A stretch of 64,000 nt of DNA from a virus. The stretch covers positions 64,566 to 128,565 of IMG/VR virus record IMGVR_UViG_3300008952_000015; one strand, written 5' to 3'. Below the pieces are notes generated by a model. The model saw nothing but the letters and a program-made list of their open reading frames with translations. It was not told the DNA's origin and did no database searches. Positions 20,662 through 29,274 of this stretch are shown piece by piece. Both the position numbers and the translations under genes were made by a program. Every line of letters begins with the position of its first letter. The stretch's first letter is position 1.

Positions 20662-21244
20662 CTTTCAAGCTCCTAACTTTGGCTCTAGCGGCAGCTCCTT
20701 CTTCGGTAAATATTTCATACAAAGACCGAACTTCTCTGGTTAACTCCGATAACCCAAGGCTTTCTTCCCAGTCATTAATAGACCCAACGCCCTCTTCCAA
20801 GGAAGAGTAATTCACGGCCTCTAACTCAACAACGCTGCGTCCATCAGATAAGGTATAGTAGGACACGTCACAGTTATCAAAGTGCCATATCCAAGCCTCC
20901 TTATAGACCTGAAATGCTTTTTCGTATCCAGCCAAGGTTAAGAACTCTACTACAGCAGAGTCTTCGTTGTCTGTAACATTTAGGTTAATTTCTTTTCTTA
21001 TAACATTTGTCTTGAGCTTCCTCTTTAATGTTAGCTCGTAAATGCCGCCACCTTTTCTAAAGCGCACAAAGTTTTGCCCATCATCTTCATTTCTTAGATA
21101 ATAATCATCACAGGATACAACGTAAATAGTTTCCGGGGTTTCCAGAGAATTATTCCCTATTACAACCTCTTCTATTCGCGCAAACAAATCTTCTTTAGTA
21201 AAAGATTTTGCCCAATATTTATATTCAATTTCCTTATAATCCAT
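20651..21244 (-). CDS. CYTH-domain (triphosphate tunnel) protein
   Basis: N-terminal EIEYK (ExExK), DDYY, VRFR, LTLK and VVELEA motifs. Confidence 0.85.
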   Translation of the reverse strand: MDYKEIEYKYWAKSFTKEDLFARIEEVVIGNNSLETPETIYVVSCDDYYLRNEDDGQNFVRFRKGGGIYELTLKRKLKTNVIRKEINLNVTDNEDSAVVEFLTLAGYEKAFQVYKEAWIWHFDNCDVSYYTLSDGRSVVELEAVNYSSLEEGVGSINDWEESLGLSELTREVRSLYEIFTEEGAAARAKVRSLKDEE

Positions 21245-21253
21245 TTCTTACTC

Positions 21254-21610
21254 CTATTTTATTCTATGTATAGCATAGCCTTCTGATACCATCAGGTCAT
21301 TTACACTACACCAAGAACCATCTGGACTCTCTATCCATATGTTCGCCAAATATCGCCCATACTTACCCTTCTTGTCTCGTATTGTTTGAACAAGAACGCT
21401 TCTGTCTAAGACTTTAGACCTAAGAAAGTCCCTAGACTCCCTTGCTTTTATCAAGGTCTTTCCTCTAAGCTCAGGAGAGTCTATTCCATAAAGTCTCATC
21501 TTCAAGCCATCTCGCTTAATCTTCATGCCCAAATCAAGACTTATAGTCACAGTATCTCCGTCATAAACGCCTGTAATAACCCCTTTGTAAAAATATAAGT
21601 TATCTATCAA
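21254..21610 (-). CDS. Thermonuclease (SNase) family protein
   Basis: VYDGDT, RLYGIDSPE, GKYGRYLA and VNDLMVSEGYA motifs. Confidence 0.92.
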   Translation of the reverse strand: MIDNLYFYKGVITGVYDGDTVTISLDLGMKIKRDGLKMRLYGIDSPELRGKTLIKARESRDFLRSKVLDRSVLVQTIRDKKGKYGRYLANIWIESPDGSWCSVNDLMVSEGYAIHRIK

Positions 21611-21619
21611 GTTTTCTCC

Positions 21620-22600
21620 CTAGATATAGATATGAGACACAGACGGAGGAAAAGTTCTTTCTGCATCAAGAAACTCTCTTACTCCATCTAAATTCTTTCT
21701 GCCTAATAGAAAAAGGGCGTAATCGCCTCTAAATGTCTTCATTTTTGTAAAATGTTTAAAACATAACTCAAATGATCTCACCATATCTTTAAAGTCACTT
21801 CCGGCAAGAAGAACTTTCCCATACACATCATTAACAAGAGTTACTTTCTTCTGATATTCAGAATAATCTATAGTATCTGTGTCAACATATATTTGATATA
21901 TAAGCTCAGATAGCGAAGGTGAAAAGTCTAATAAGTATCTTTTGGAATACTTAAAGGCCCTTAGCCCTGCGTATATTCTCTGAGACATAGAGCGATCACT
22001 CAGATAGTTTGTTGGGTTATTGATTCTTAATTTGAAATCATCAAAAGCAGAATCTAACGCAGAGTCATAATAAAGAACCCCATCGTGATAAGCAACGCAA
22101 CAATTTATAAAATCAAAAGTCTCAAATAAATCTCCTATTGAAGAGACAGGCTTTTTTATAGCTTGAAAAACATATGATGTTGGGGCAACTTCTCTGAGAA
22201 AACTATTCGCCCACTTGCTAGTCTTTACTATTCTGTAGTCAGATCCAAGTGGAGAAGATAGACTCGGAACCCCAACCGTTTCTTTTAAGAGTGTATCAAG
22301 GTCTGATAGCATCCAAGATCCAAACCCATTAGAGTGTAATGGGCTGCTCTCAAAGAACCAAGCGTCTATATCTCCAAACTTATCTAGCTTGTCCTCAAAG
22401 ACAACATTCCTAGTTCCACTGAAAGTGGCGGCTCTCTCAAGCTGCCTCCACTTTGAGTCTGAATCATAAAGCCGATAAGCTCTGTATACAGAGAGCATTG
22501 AGCCTCCTGCAAAAACAGGCTTTAGCTGCATGAGGTTATCATCTTTTACAATGTGACTTACAAGCCAATCAATTCGTTTATCGGAAATGGTTTTAATCAT
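21620..22600 (-). CDS. Pol-beta superfamily nucleotidyltransferase-like protein
   Basis: FAGG...GDID motif and FDFINCCVA, resembling CCA-adding/poly(A) polymerase heads. Confidence 0.6.
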   Translation of the reverse strand: MIKTISDKRIDWLVSHIVKDDNLMQLKPVFAGGSMLSVYRAYRLYDSDSKWRQLERAATFSGTRNVVFEDKLDKFGDIDAWFFESSPLHSNGFGSWMLSDLDTLLKETVGVPSLSSPLGSDYRIVKTSKWANSFLREVAPTSYVFQAIKKPVSSIGDLFETFDFINCCVAYHDGVLYYDSALDSAFDDFKLRINNPTNYLSDRSMSQRIYAGLRAFKYSKRYLLDFSPSLSELIYQIYVDTDTIDYSEYQKKVTLVNDVYGKVLLAGSDFKDMVRSFELCFKHFTKMKTFRGDYALFLLGRKNLDGVREFLDAERTFPPSVSHIYI

Positions 22601-23406
22601 GTATGCTTTAGCTTTCGCTCTAAGGCTCTTGAGATCCTCTCGCCAGCATTTCTTAGGTTAATAAAATACAAGGCATCTTCTGGTGACATTCGGCTAATTA
22701 AAGCCGTTAGCATCATTTCCATATTGCTATAGTTTAGATCTATAGACGGATCAAGCTCTTTTGCTTGCTCTATAAGAGGTGCAAACTCTTCTGGCTCAGC
22801 AAGGGCAATAGCCTGTCTGTGAAGCCAAGTTGACCACCACCACTGGCTCTCTTCTTTATTCACAGTTAAAGAGGAAGGAAGAAAGGTCTTGTAGCAATTA
22901 TCAACACCTATTCTTGTCATAGCCATGTTTCTTACACTATACTTCTTATCTCCCAGCATAGGCTTTAAAAACTTTACAGGCAGGATTCTTGCACACCTAG
23001 TTCTAATACGAGCATCAGGAGAGTTACGAAGCCTCTTAGCCATCTTAAGCCTAATTGACGAATGAGCATTGTCCAACATAAAGATTGCCCATACGCCACT
23101 GGAGCTGTTCGTTAAAACCTTTAGATCCTCTTGCCTTTGGACGCTCAAGGAACTCATTACAACCTCGTTGATTAGAACTCCAAATCTCTTTTTCGACCCC
23201 TTAGTAAAAGACGTTAGAGGGTAATGGTTCCATCTTGAATCTGAAATAAGCTTAGCCTTAGAGCGGCTAGACATAGCGTTCCATACCTCAAAGACTTGAT
23301 CTGTATTACTAAAGGAAAGTCCTTGCCACCTTCTTCCGTCATCAGTTGTTGTAAGCCTTAGGGCTTTTGAAAATTTTTCATATGGATGATTTACAGCTTT
23401 CTTCAT
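22597..23406 (-). CDS. HEAT/LRV-like repeat protein
   Basis: NSPDARIR and GDKKYSVR repeats; similar to 1631-2350. Confidence 0.6.
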   Translation of the reverse strand: MKKAVNHPYEKFSKALRLTTTDDGRRWQGLSFSNTDQVFEVWNAMSSRSKAKLISDSRWNHYPLTSFTKGSKKRFGVLINEVVMSSLSVQRQEDLKVLTNSSSGVWAIFMLDNAHSSIRLKMAKRLRNSPDARIRTRCARILPVKFLKPMLGDKKYSVRNMAMTRIGVDNCYKTFLPSSLTVNKEESQWWWSTWLHRQAIALAEPEEFAPLIEQAKELDPSIDLNYSNMEMMLTALISRMSPEDALYFINLRNAGERISRALERKLKHT

Positions 23407-23461
23407 CGTATCCTCATATTGTTAAATTGTTATGGAAATTGTCTTAGCAAAATCCTATGTC

Positions 23462-24043
23462 TCATTTTCCTTTTTCCCATCTTTTTCTACAAATTTCTTC
23501 CCAATTTTTATGGCAATCAGAACAGAGGGTTCTGATCCAGCCACCACTCCTCTCTTCGCCAGGACTTCCACATTCTTCACAAGTCTTGCAAGAAAGCTCT
23601 TCTGCTTTACTAATCAAGTTATAAATCTCATCATTTCCAGCGGTCATATAGAATCTAAGTCCACCATACTTTTCTTTTACCTGTATTGCTTTTGGGTAAG
23701 ATCCCTTGTATTCATCACAAAAGCAAGCATAGTAGTTTACAGGCGGCTTCTCCTTTGACTCTAAATCTTCATGGATGGATAGACACCTTCCTGGGCTTTG
23801 CGTCTTACAGGCGTAATGACGCTCCTTAGAGCACCCACATTTAGAACAGGACAGATTGGGGTTGTCGTCAATAATACCCTGTATGATAGGCTCAAGCTTT
23901 GAGGATAAATCCCAAACTATATCAAACCATCCATCGCCACACTCAAAGCCCCAACACATGCAGGTTGCTTGCATCGAACCTTGTCTGTCGCTATAAAGAA
24001 GCGGAAAGCTCTCAACCAGCTTTTTATCTAACTCTTCATTCAT
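23462..24043 (-). CDS. Conserved phage protein with Zn-ribbon motifs
   Basis: CGDGWF, QVKEKYGGLRFY and CEECG...C..C motifs. Confidence 0.7.
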   Translation of the reverse strand: MNEELDKKLVESFPLLYSDRQGSMQATCMCWGFECGDGWFDIVWDLSSKLEPIIQGIIDDNPNLSCSKCGCSKERHYACKTQSPGRCLSIHEDLESKEKPPVNYYACFCDEYKGSYPKAIQVKEKYGGLRFYMTAGNDEIYNLISKAEELSCKTCEECGSPGEERSGGWIRTLCSDCHKNWEEICRKRWEKGK

Positions 24044-24139
24044 CTTAAGCCCTTAAGTATTAAATGGCAAGACCCAGCCAACCTGCCTGTTGCTACGCAA
24101 CCCACCCACTACGAACGGGGTAACTTCATAATATATCAG

Positions 24140-24352
24140 TTAGCCCTTATCCTGAACGAACTGATAAAGTTTTTCAGCTTCTTCTAAAACGTCTTCTGTC
24201 GTATAAGGCTCAACGGCATCACGCTGCCCCTCTGGTCTTAAGTGTTCATTTTGAAATTGTTGGTTTACCCGACTTTCCAAAATGCCAATAGCCATCCCCA
24301 ATAGATCTGTGCGAATCTCATATCCGTTTTTATTTATATTATATGTGCTCAT
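24140..24352 (-). CDS. Conserved small phage protein
   Basis: NGYEIRTDLL...AEKLYQFV. Confidence 0.65.
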   Translation of the reverse strand: MSTYNINKNGYEIRTDLLGMAIGILESRVNQQFQNEHLRPEGQRDAVEPYTTEDVLEEAEKLYQFVQDKG

Positions 24353-24428
24353 TTCATCTTCTCTCTCTGTGTTAAAGGCTTAATTGCCTCAATTATATTA
24401 TACCACAAAAAGATTAACTTATACTAAG

Positions 24429-24799
24429 TGGTGGAGGCGGCGGGAGTCGAACCCGCGTCCAAAATAAGTCACGCATCAAGTCATTCACAAGCTTGTCTGA
24501 TGTATTCCCACAACAGCAAGGTAGCTACAGAAAACCCTTTTCCTATGTAGCCTCGGAAGCCCACTCATTAAAATGAGGCATCCATCTTGATTTTTTATTT
24601 TAGCAGGATCTCTACCTGTTATTTAACATTGGATTACAAGGCTGTTAAAGGCCCAGACAACTAAGCTGCTAAAGCAAATTCGTTGTAGTAATAATTGTCA
24701 TTGGCAATTATAAGTTTTGCAACAAGTTTTAAGCCATTTGTTACCGTAGACTGCTTGCACTATCCGCTATCATTACCCTGTCGATACCATTTCGCCCCC
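24429..24799 (-). ncRNA. ssrA: tmRNA
   Basis: 5' GGGGGCG pairs with 3' CGCCTCC-ACCA including the G3-U alanine determinant; T-arm GGTTCGACTCCC; tag ORF ANDNYYYNEFALAA-stop at 24661-24705. Confidence 0.97.
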
Positions 24800-24821
24800 A
24801 TATATAGATTAGGTCAAAGTC

Positions 24822-24840
24822 ATATAATTGATGTAGAAAA
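24822..24840 (-). promoter_or_regulatory. Extended phage promoter motif upstream of tmRNA
   Basis: ATATAATTGATGTAGAAAA. Confidence 0.7.
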
Positions 24841-24861
24841 AATAACAAAAATTATTACAAG

Positions 24862-25305
24862 CTAGTTAGAAAGGCGGTATATGCAGTAGCCGCTATTCTC
24901 CTTAACGACGCTTAAATCTAAAGAAACACTCCTTTGAAAGCCTCTTGAGGTCTTGCCATCTTTCTTTATATCCCTTCTGACAGCTATAAAGGCATGTCCT
25001 CCTTTTCTCAAAAGAGACTTAATAGAACTTAAAATTTCACTTTCAGACTCTTCGCTTACAACATTTAAAACATAAGTGCATAATATGGTGTCAAAAGACA
25101 GCCCTGTAAGGTCCATAGGTCGCCAATGTGGGTCGTAAGCCTCAACAGTATGTCCGGCTTTTTTAAGGTGGTCAAAGTCAGCTCCCCTTCCACAGCCGTA
25201 GTCTAGAATGGCTCCACTTAGTAGGCCACTCTCTTGAAGGAATCTCAAAGGAGCCGAAGCTGCCTTTCTGGATATAGCGGTATTATAACTTTGTACAGTT
25301 TGCAT
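24862..25305 (-). CDS. Class I SAM-dependent methyltransferase
   Basis: ILDYGCGRG and FDTILCTYVLNV motifs. Confidence 0.85.
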   Translation of the reverse strand: MQTVQSYNTAISRKAASAPLRFLQESGLLSGAILDYGCGRGADFDHLKKAGHTVEAYDPHWRPMDLTGLSFDTILCTYVLNVVSEESESEILSSIKSLLRKGGHAFIAVRRDIKKDGKTSRGFQRSVSLDLSVVKENSGYCIYRLSN

Positions 25306-25371
25306 ATCAACTCCGTTATCATGTTATGATGTATATCTTGCTTTTATAGTAAGCAGCATTGAATGGAGTGC

Positions 25372-25755
25372 TTACTCATCCCTATGTAGAATATCTTGAA
25401 ACAGCTGATCTGCCTGTGCTCTTTCCTCGTCTGTAGGAGCACCTGCACCTTCTACCTCTGCTGCCAACTGATTCATTTCTCTTACAGCCGCAGCTGCCGC
25501 GCCGTTCATATCTAATCCAAACTCTTGAATATTTCGCATAAACAAAGCTCTAAACATATCTGCATAAGACTCAGGATCTAGCCAATCGCTATCCAGAAAG
25601 CCTTTATGCACAGCCTCATCCTCCCTGCTCAAAGGCTCATTATTAAAGCCTTCCGCAAGAGTTCCTGCGAACTTGTCTAAAACATCAGCTTCTTTAGCTA
25701 ACCCCTTGCTATCTAGCTCTTGAGCTAATTTCAAAACCTTTGTTAATAATGACAT
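25372..25755 (-). CDS. Protein with N-terminal helical tag
   Basis: LLTKVLKLAQELDSKGLAKEADVLDKFA. Confidence 0.75.
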   Translation of the reverse strand: MSLLTKVLKLAQELDSKGLAKEADVLDKFAGTLAEGFNNEPLSREDEAVHKGFLDSDWLDPESYADMFRALFMRNIQEFGLDMNGAAAAAVREMNQLAAEVEGAGAPTDEERAQADQLFQDILHRDE

Positions 25756-25775
25756 TATATTCTCCTTTGCCTCTA

Positions 25776-25976
25776 TTATTTATTATTAATAGTAACAGAT
25801 TTTTCGGGAACCTTTGATAAAAATTTCTCCATTTCTTTGGAAAGGCTTTCAGAAAACTTCTCTAACTCTTCCAAAGAAAAGCTTTCTAAGTGCATAAAGC
25901 CAACGTCATCTCTCCAAATGAGATACTTATACTTCCTGTATGTTTCATCTTTTTTATGTGGAGGTTTAATGTTCAT
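25776..25976 (-). CDS. Hypothetical protein
   Basis: 66-aa ORF. Confidence 0.5.
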   Translation of the reverse strand: MNIKPPHKKDETYRKYKYLIWRDDVGFMHLESFSLEELEKFSESLSKEMEKFLSKVPEKSVTINNK

Positions 25977-26172
25977 TACTTTAATGTTACCGAAAAATAT
26001 TCTTAAAAGAATTAATTATTTTTCCTTAAAAGACTTCCGGCTTCATTAAATACCTTTTTAATCTTTTCCCTGAAATCCTTTTGTACCCATCCGTCATTTC
26101 TGGGATTGCTTGCTTCGCTACCCCAGTCCTTAAGCGCATCTAAGACTTCTCTCAAAGAGGGTTTGCTTTTGC

Positions 26173-27021
26173 TCATTTGTACTCCTCTATCCCATAATGT
26201 ACCCTTAGCCTCTTTCTAAGCCTATCTATTGCCCTCTTCTCTACTCTTCTGACCCACTCCCTAGATATATTTAACTCTTTCTCTAAGACCCTTAATGTTT
26301 TTGGCTCTTCGGTTAAGAATCTATTTTTTATAATTTTTCGCTCAAGATCGGGTAAGGTTGGCATTATCTCGTTAATAGCAAGCGTAAGGCTGTTTAACTC
26401 GTCTGCATCTTCATACTCACTGTGAGGACTGATGGGGTCTTGCAATAAATCTACTCTAAGAGTAGTTCCATCCTCACCTGCTTTAATAGGCGTATCTAGC
26501 CTAACGTCAGCGCCTTTTAAGGAGGCCATCATTTGTCGCAAAGAATCTTTTTTTACAGACAGAGAAGTTGCTATATAATTTAACTTATCTTCTCCTGTCA
26601 GCTCGCTCTCTTCAGCTTCTTTTAAGGATTTAGATAGATTGGAAAACAGAGTTCTGTCATCTCTGGTCGTTCCCATCTTGACCACTGATTTATAATCCAT
26701 AATATATCTTTTCATATTCGCCCTAACCCACCACATAGCATAAGTTAGGAAAGTCACCTCTTGTGTTGTATCAAACATGCTTGCCGCCTTAAGCAGTCCC
26801 GCAATACCTTCTTGCATCAAGTCTTCGTAAGAAATATAATAATTCTTAGCCTTTAGCTTAAAGGCTTCCTTTGAAACAATCTTCATATTAGACAATACAA
26901 GTTGGTCTAAAGCAGGTTTATTAGAGTTGACCTGCCACTTCTTTACCAGATCAAGCTGCACATTTGCAGGAAGAACAGGGTTGTCTTTTATAATATCTTT
27001 TATTAAATCTATCGACGGCAT
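26173..27021 (-). CDS. Sigma-70 family sigma factor, RpoH (sigma-32)-like
   Basis: Region 2 DLMQEGIAGLLKA...FLTYAMWWVRA; degenerate RpoH box VKMGTTRDDRTLFSNL; region 4 HTH ISREWVRRVE. Confidence 0.88.
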   Translation of the reverse strand: MPSIDLIKDIIKDNPVLPANVQLDLVKKWQVNSNKPALDQLVLSNMKIVSKEAFKLKAKNYYISYEDLMQEGIAGLLKAASMFDTTQEVTFLTYAMWWVRANMKRYIMDYKSVVKMGTTRDDRTLFSNLSKSLKEAEESELTGEDKLNYIATSLSVKKDSLRQMMASLKGADVRLDTPIKAGEDGTTLRVDLLQDPISPHSEYEDADELNSLTLAINEIMPTLPDLERKIIKNRFLTEEPKTLRVLEKELNISREWVRRVEKRAIDRLRKRLRVHYGIEEYK

Positions 27022-27031
27022 ACAGTCTCCT

Positions 27032-27277
27032 TTACCATTCATCACGCTGTTTGTATAAACGTTTTTTTGAACGCCTTATTTTTGAATTTTTGTTCTGAAT
27101 CTCTCCAACATCATACCACTCGTCCCACTCATCCTCCTTTGGGTCGTAAACAATATCCTTAGGCCCTTTCTTTTCTTCCTCTGTATTGTAATTAGAGTCA
27201 CCCCTATCGCTCTTCTCCGAAGAATCCATTTCGCTACCTGCTCCTTTTATCTCTCTATTTATTAGAGTCTGTTCCAA
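27032..27277 (-). CDS. Hypothetical acidic/basic protein
   Basis: ORF between the desaturase and sigma genes. Confidence 0.5.
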   Translation of the reverse strand: MEQTLINREIKGAGSEMDSSEKSDRGDSNYNTEEEKKGPKDIVYDPKEDEWDEWYDVGEIQNKNSKIRRSKKRLYKQRDEW

Positions 27278-27698
27278 ACATTCTGTCTACTACAGGATAA
27301 ATGCCCCCATAATTACTGTGGGGATCTTTCAAATGATGGTGCATGTGATGTTCTGCCCAATAAGCAGCTGACCCATTATGAGCCTTCCAGTGTCTATGAG
27401 CATAAACGGGAAAGAAAGAGCAGACTCCTAGCGCAAAGGGCAGACTTATGTAGCCAAGGCTGATCATAAAAATGGCGATAAGAACCTTAGACCATCCTGG
27501 GAACAATGCTCTTTCCAAGGAATCTGGCTTAGCATGGTGCCTTGTGTGAATGGCTCTAATCTTATTTAGGATAGGCAGGGTTCCTAGTTTGCCGTGAAAA
27601 ACAAACCTGTGAGTAAAGTAAAATGCTAAGGCACCAGAAATGTGTCCAGCAAAGATTAGTAATATAAAAAGTAACGTATCAAATAGTGTATGTTCCAA
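27255..27698 (-). CDS. Sterol desaturase / fatty acid hydroxylase family membrane protein
   Basis: His boxes HRFVFH, HTRHH, HRHWKAH and HHMHHH; NYG...DRMFGT. Confidence 0.85.
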   Translation of the reverse strand: MEHTLFDTLLFILLIFAGHISGALAFYFTHRFVFHGKLGTLPILNKIRAIHTRHHAKPDSLERALFPGWSKVLIAIFMISLGYISLPFALGVCSFFPVYAHRHWKAHNGSAAYWAEHHMHHHLKDPHSNYGGIYPVVDRMFGTDSNK

Positions 27699-27700
27699 GT

Positions 27701-27997
27701 TTAGTCTCCAGATTCTTTTATCATTCTTATTATTTCCCGGTCAAAAGTGAAGCTTTTTGTTTTAGAAAGCCTTTCTTTTCCAGTATAAGGAACGCACATT
27801 TCTTTCAAAGCATACAGATCTTTTCTTCTGACGAAAGATCCCTCAAACCCTTTCACATGGGTTATTTCTCCGCTTTGCCACTCGGTAACTCTATCTATAA
27901 TCTTTTTAACTTTTTTATAAACTTTTGGTCCAGCAGCAGTCTTTACCTCTAAAATATCACCGACTTTGTAGGTAATGTTATTCTTTTTCGTTTTCAT
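27701..27997 (-). CDS. Hypothetical basic protein
   Basis: YKVGDILEV KOW-like start. Confidence 0.55.
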   Translation of the reverse strand: MKTKKNNITYKVGDILEVKTAAGPKVYKKVKKIIDRVTEWQSGEITHVKGFEGSFVRRKDLYALKEMCVPYTGKERLSKTKSFTFDREIIRMIKESGD

Positions 27998-28166
27998 TTT
28001 TATTCAACTCCATAGATAGCAGGACTGTGGCGTAAGACATGCCAGAAAGTAGCATCAAGTCAAGGTTGTCATAATATAGACCCGCCCCAAAGACGAACGC
28101 ATTTATAACAAGCAAAGATGTTAAAAAGGTTTTATTCCTCAATATTTTCAAGAAGTTACTGTTCAT
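27978..28166 (-). CDS. Small two-TM membrane protein
   Basis: Two hydrophobic segments. Confidence 0.55.
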   Translation of the reverse strand: MNSNFLKILRNKTFLTSLLVINAFVFGAGLYYDNLDLMLLSGMSYATVLLSMELNKNENEKE

Positions 28167-28202
28167 ATCCTGTTCCTTTCTAGCTACATATTTAATAGTA
28201 TA

Positions 28203-28565
28203 TCAAAGCCTCATAATCTCCCACGTTCCATCCCACTCTGTATAGTGAACTTTTCTTACTCCATGCTTCTTTAAGAACCTTTGACAGTACAAGCAGGGCT
28301 TAGACATTGTTGGAACACCATTTTTAGAAAACCTTATAACTCTTATCTCGCTTATCTCACCTGGCTTAAACTGCCGGATAAGATCCATCTCTGCATGAAG
28401 ATGAAAACCCTTAGTGCCGTCTGGATGAACTCTCTTAAATTTTGCTGAAGACCTATCAGAGTTTGTTCCGAATATAACAGACGAACCTCTTTTGGCCCAA
28501 GCCGCAAGGTGATAGTCGTGACTATTATTTAGAGCAATCTCTCTTGCTTTATTTAGATAATACAC
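28203..28565 (-). CDS. Zn-dependent cytidine/dCMP deaminase family protein
   Basis: HAE and PCLYC motifs. Confidence 0.85.
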   Translation of the reverse strand: MYYLNKAREIALNNSHDYHLAAWAKRGSSVIFGTNSDRSSAKFKRVHPDGTKGFHLHAEMDLIRQFKPGEISEIRVIRFSKNGVPTMSKPCLYCQRFLKKHGVRKVHYTEWDGTWEIMRL

Positions 28566-28613
28566 TGGACATTATGCCGCCTCCTAACGGGGCTAATATT
28601 AAGAAAATATATT

Positions 28614-29051
28614 CTACCACTCATATTTAGGAAAATCCTCATACTCTGGGCCATCCGAATCTAAATCTAGATACTGACAGTCGTTTGATATGGCAAACAA
28701 AATAAGCATCCTCAGTCCCTCGCTAACAGTGACCTCTCCTATTTCTTTTAGCAAGTCTTCTCTTAGGTGTATTCTTGTCCCATAATGATGGTCGTGAAGC
28801 GAGAAGATTTCGGGGAAGTAGGCCAACGTATCAAAGTCCTTCTGCTCTACATGGCAGGTTGAGGCTACCATAGTTTTATATACCTCAAAGCCTTCGCCAA
28901 CAGGTGTTAAATCTTCTGTGCCTCTACTCTTATCTATTTTGGTCATCAATGATTCTATTTCAGAAGAATAATTATATTTAAATTGAAACGATAATGTATC
29001 AATAATAAGATTAAGCTCTTCTTCAGTTAGCTCTACTTTGCAAGTAGACAT
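28614..29051 (-). CDS. Hypothetical protein
   Basis: 145-aa ORF with ASTCHV and LDSDGP motifs. Confidence 0.6.
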   Translation of the reverse strand: MSTCKVELTEEELNLIIDTLSFQFKYNYSSEIESLMTKIDKSRGTEDLTPVGEGFEVYKTMVASTCHVEQKDFDTLAYFPEIFSLHDHHYGTRIHLREDLLKEIGEVTVSEGLRMLILFAISNDCQYLDLDSDGPEYEDFPKYEW

Positions 29052-29263
29052 TAGTTTGTTCCCGTAAGAAGGGGGCTTAACTCTTCTGTCGCTTTAAAGA
29101 TATAATCCATAGCATGATCTATGTTTTCAAACTTTGTTGTTACCTGATGACCATTACTAAGGTTAATAATAATGCCATTAGAATCTTTCGCAATAGACGC
29201 AATATGCTCTGCGTTTACAAGAATGATCTTGCCCGTTGTAGTTTCTATTGGAAGTAATTTCAT
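29051..29263 (-). CDS. Small beta-rich protein (LytTR/FlbD-like)
   Basis: ILVNAEHIASI motif; similar to 36521-36760. Confidence 0.5.
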   Translation of the reverse strand: MKLLPIETTTGKIILVNAEHIASIAKDSNGIIINLSNGHQVTTKFENIDHAMDYIFKATEELSPLLTGTN

Positions 29264-29274
29264 ACTATTCTCCT

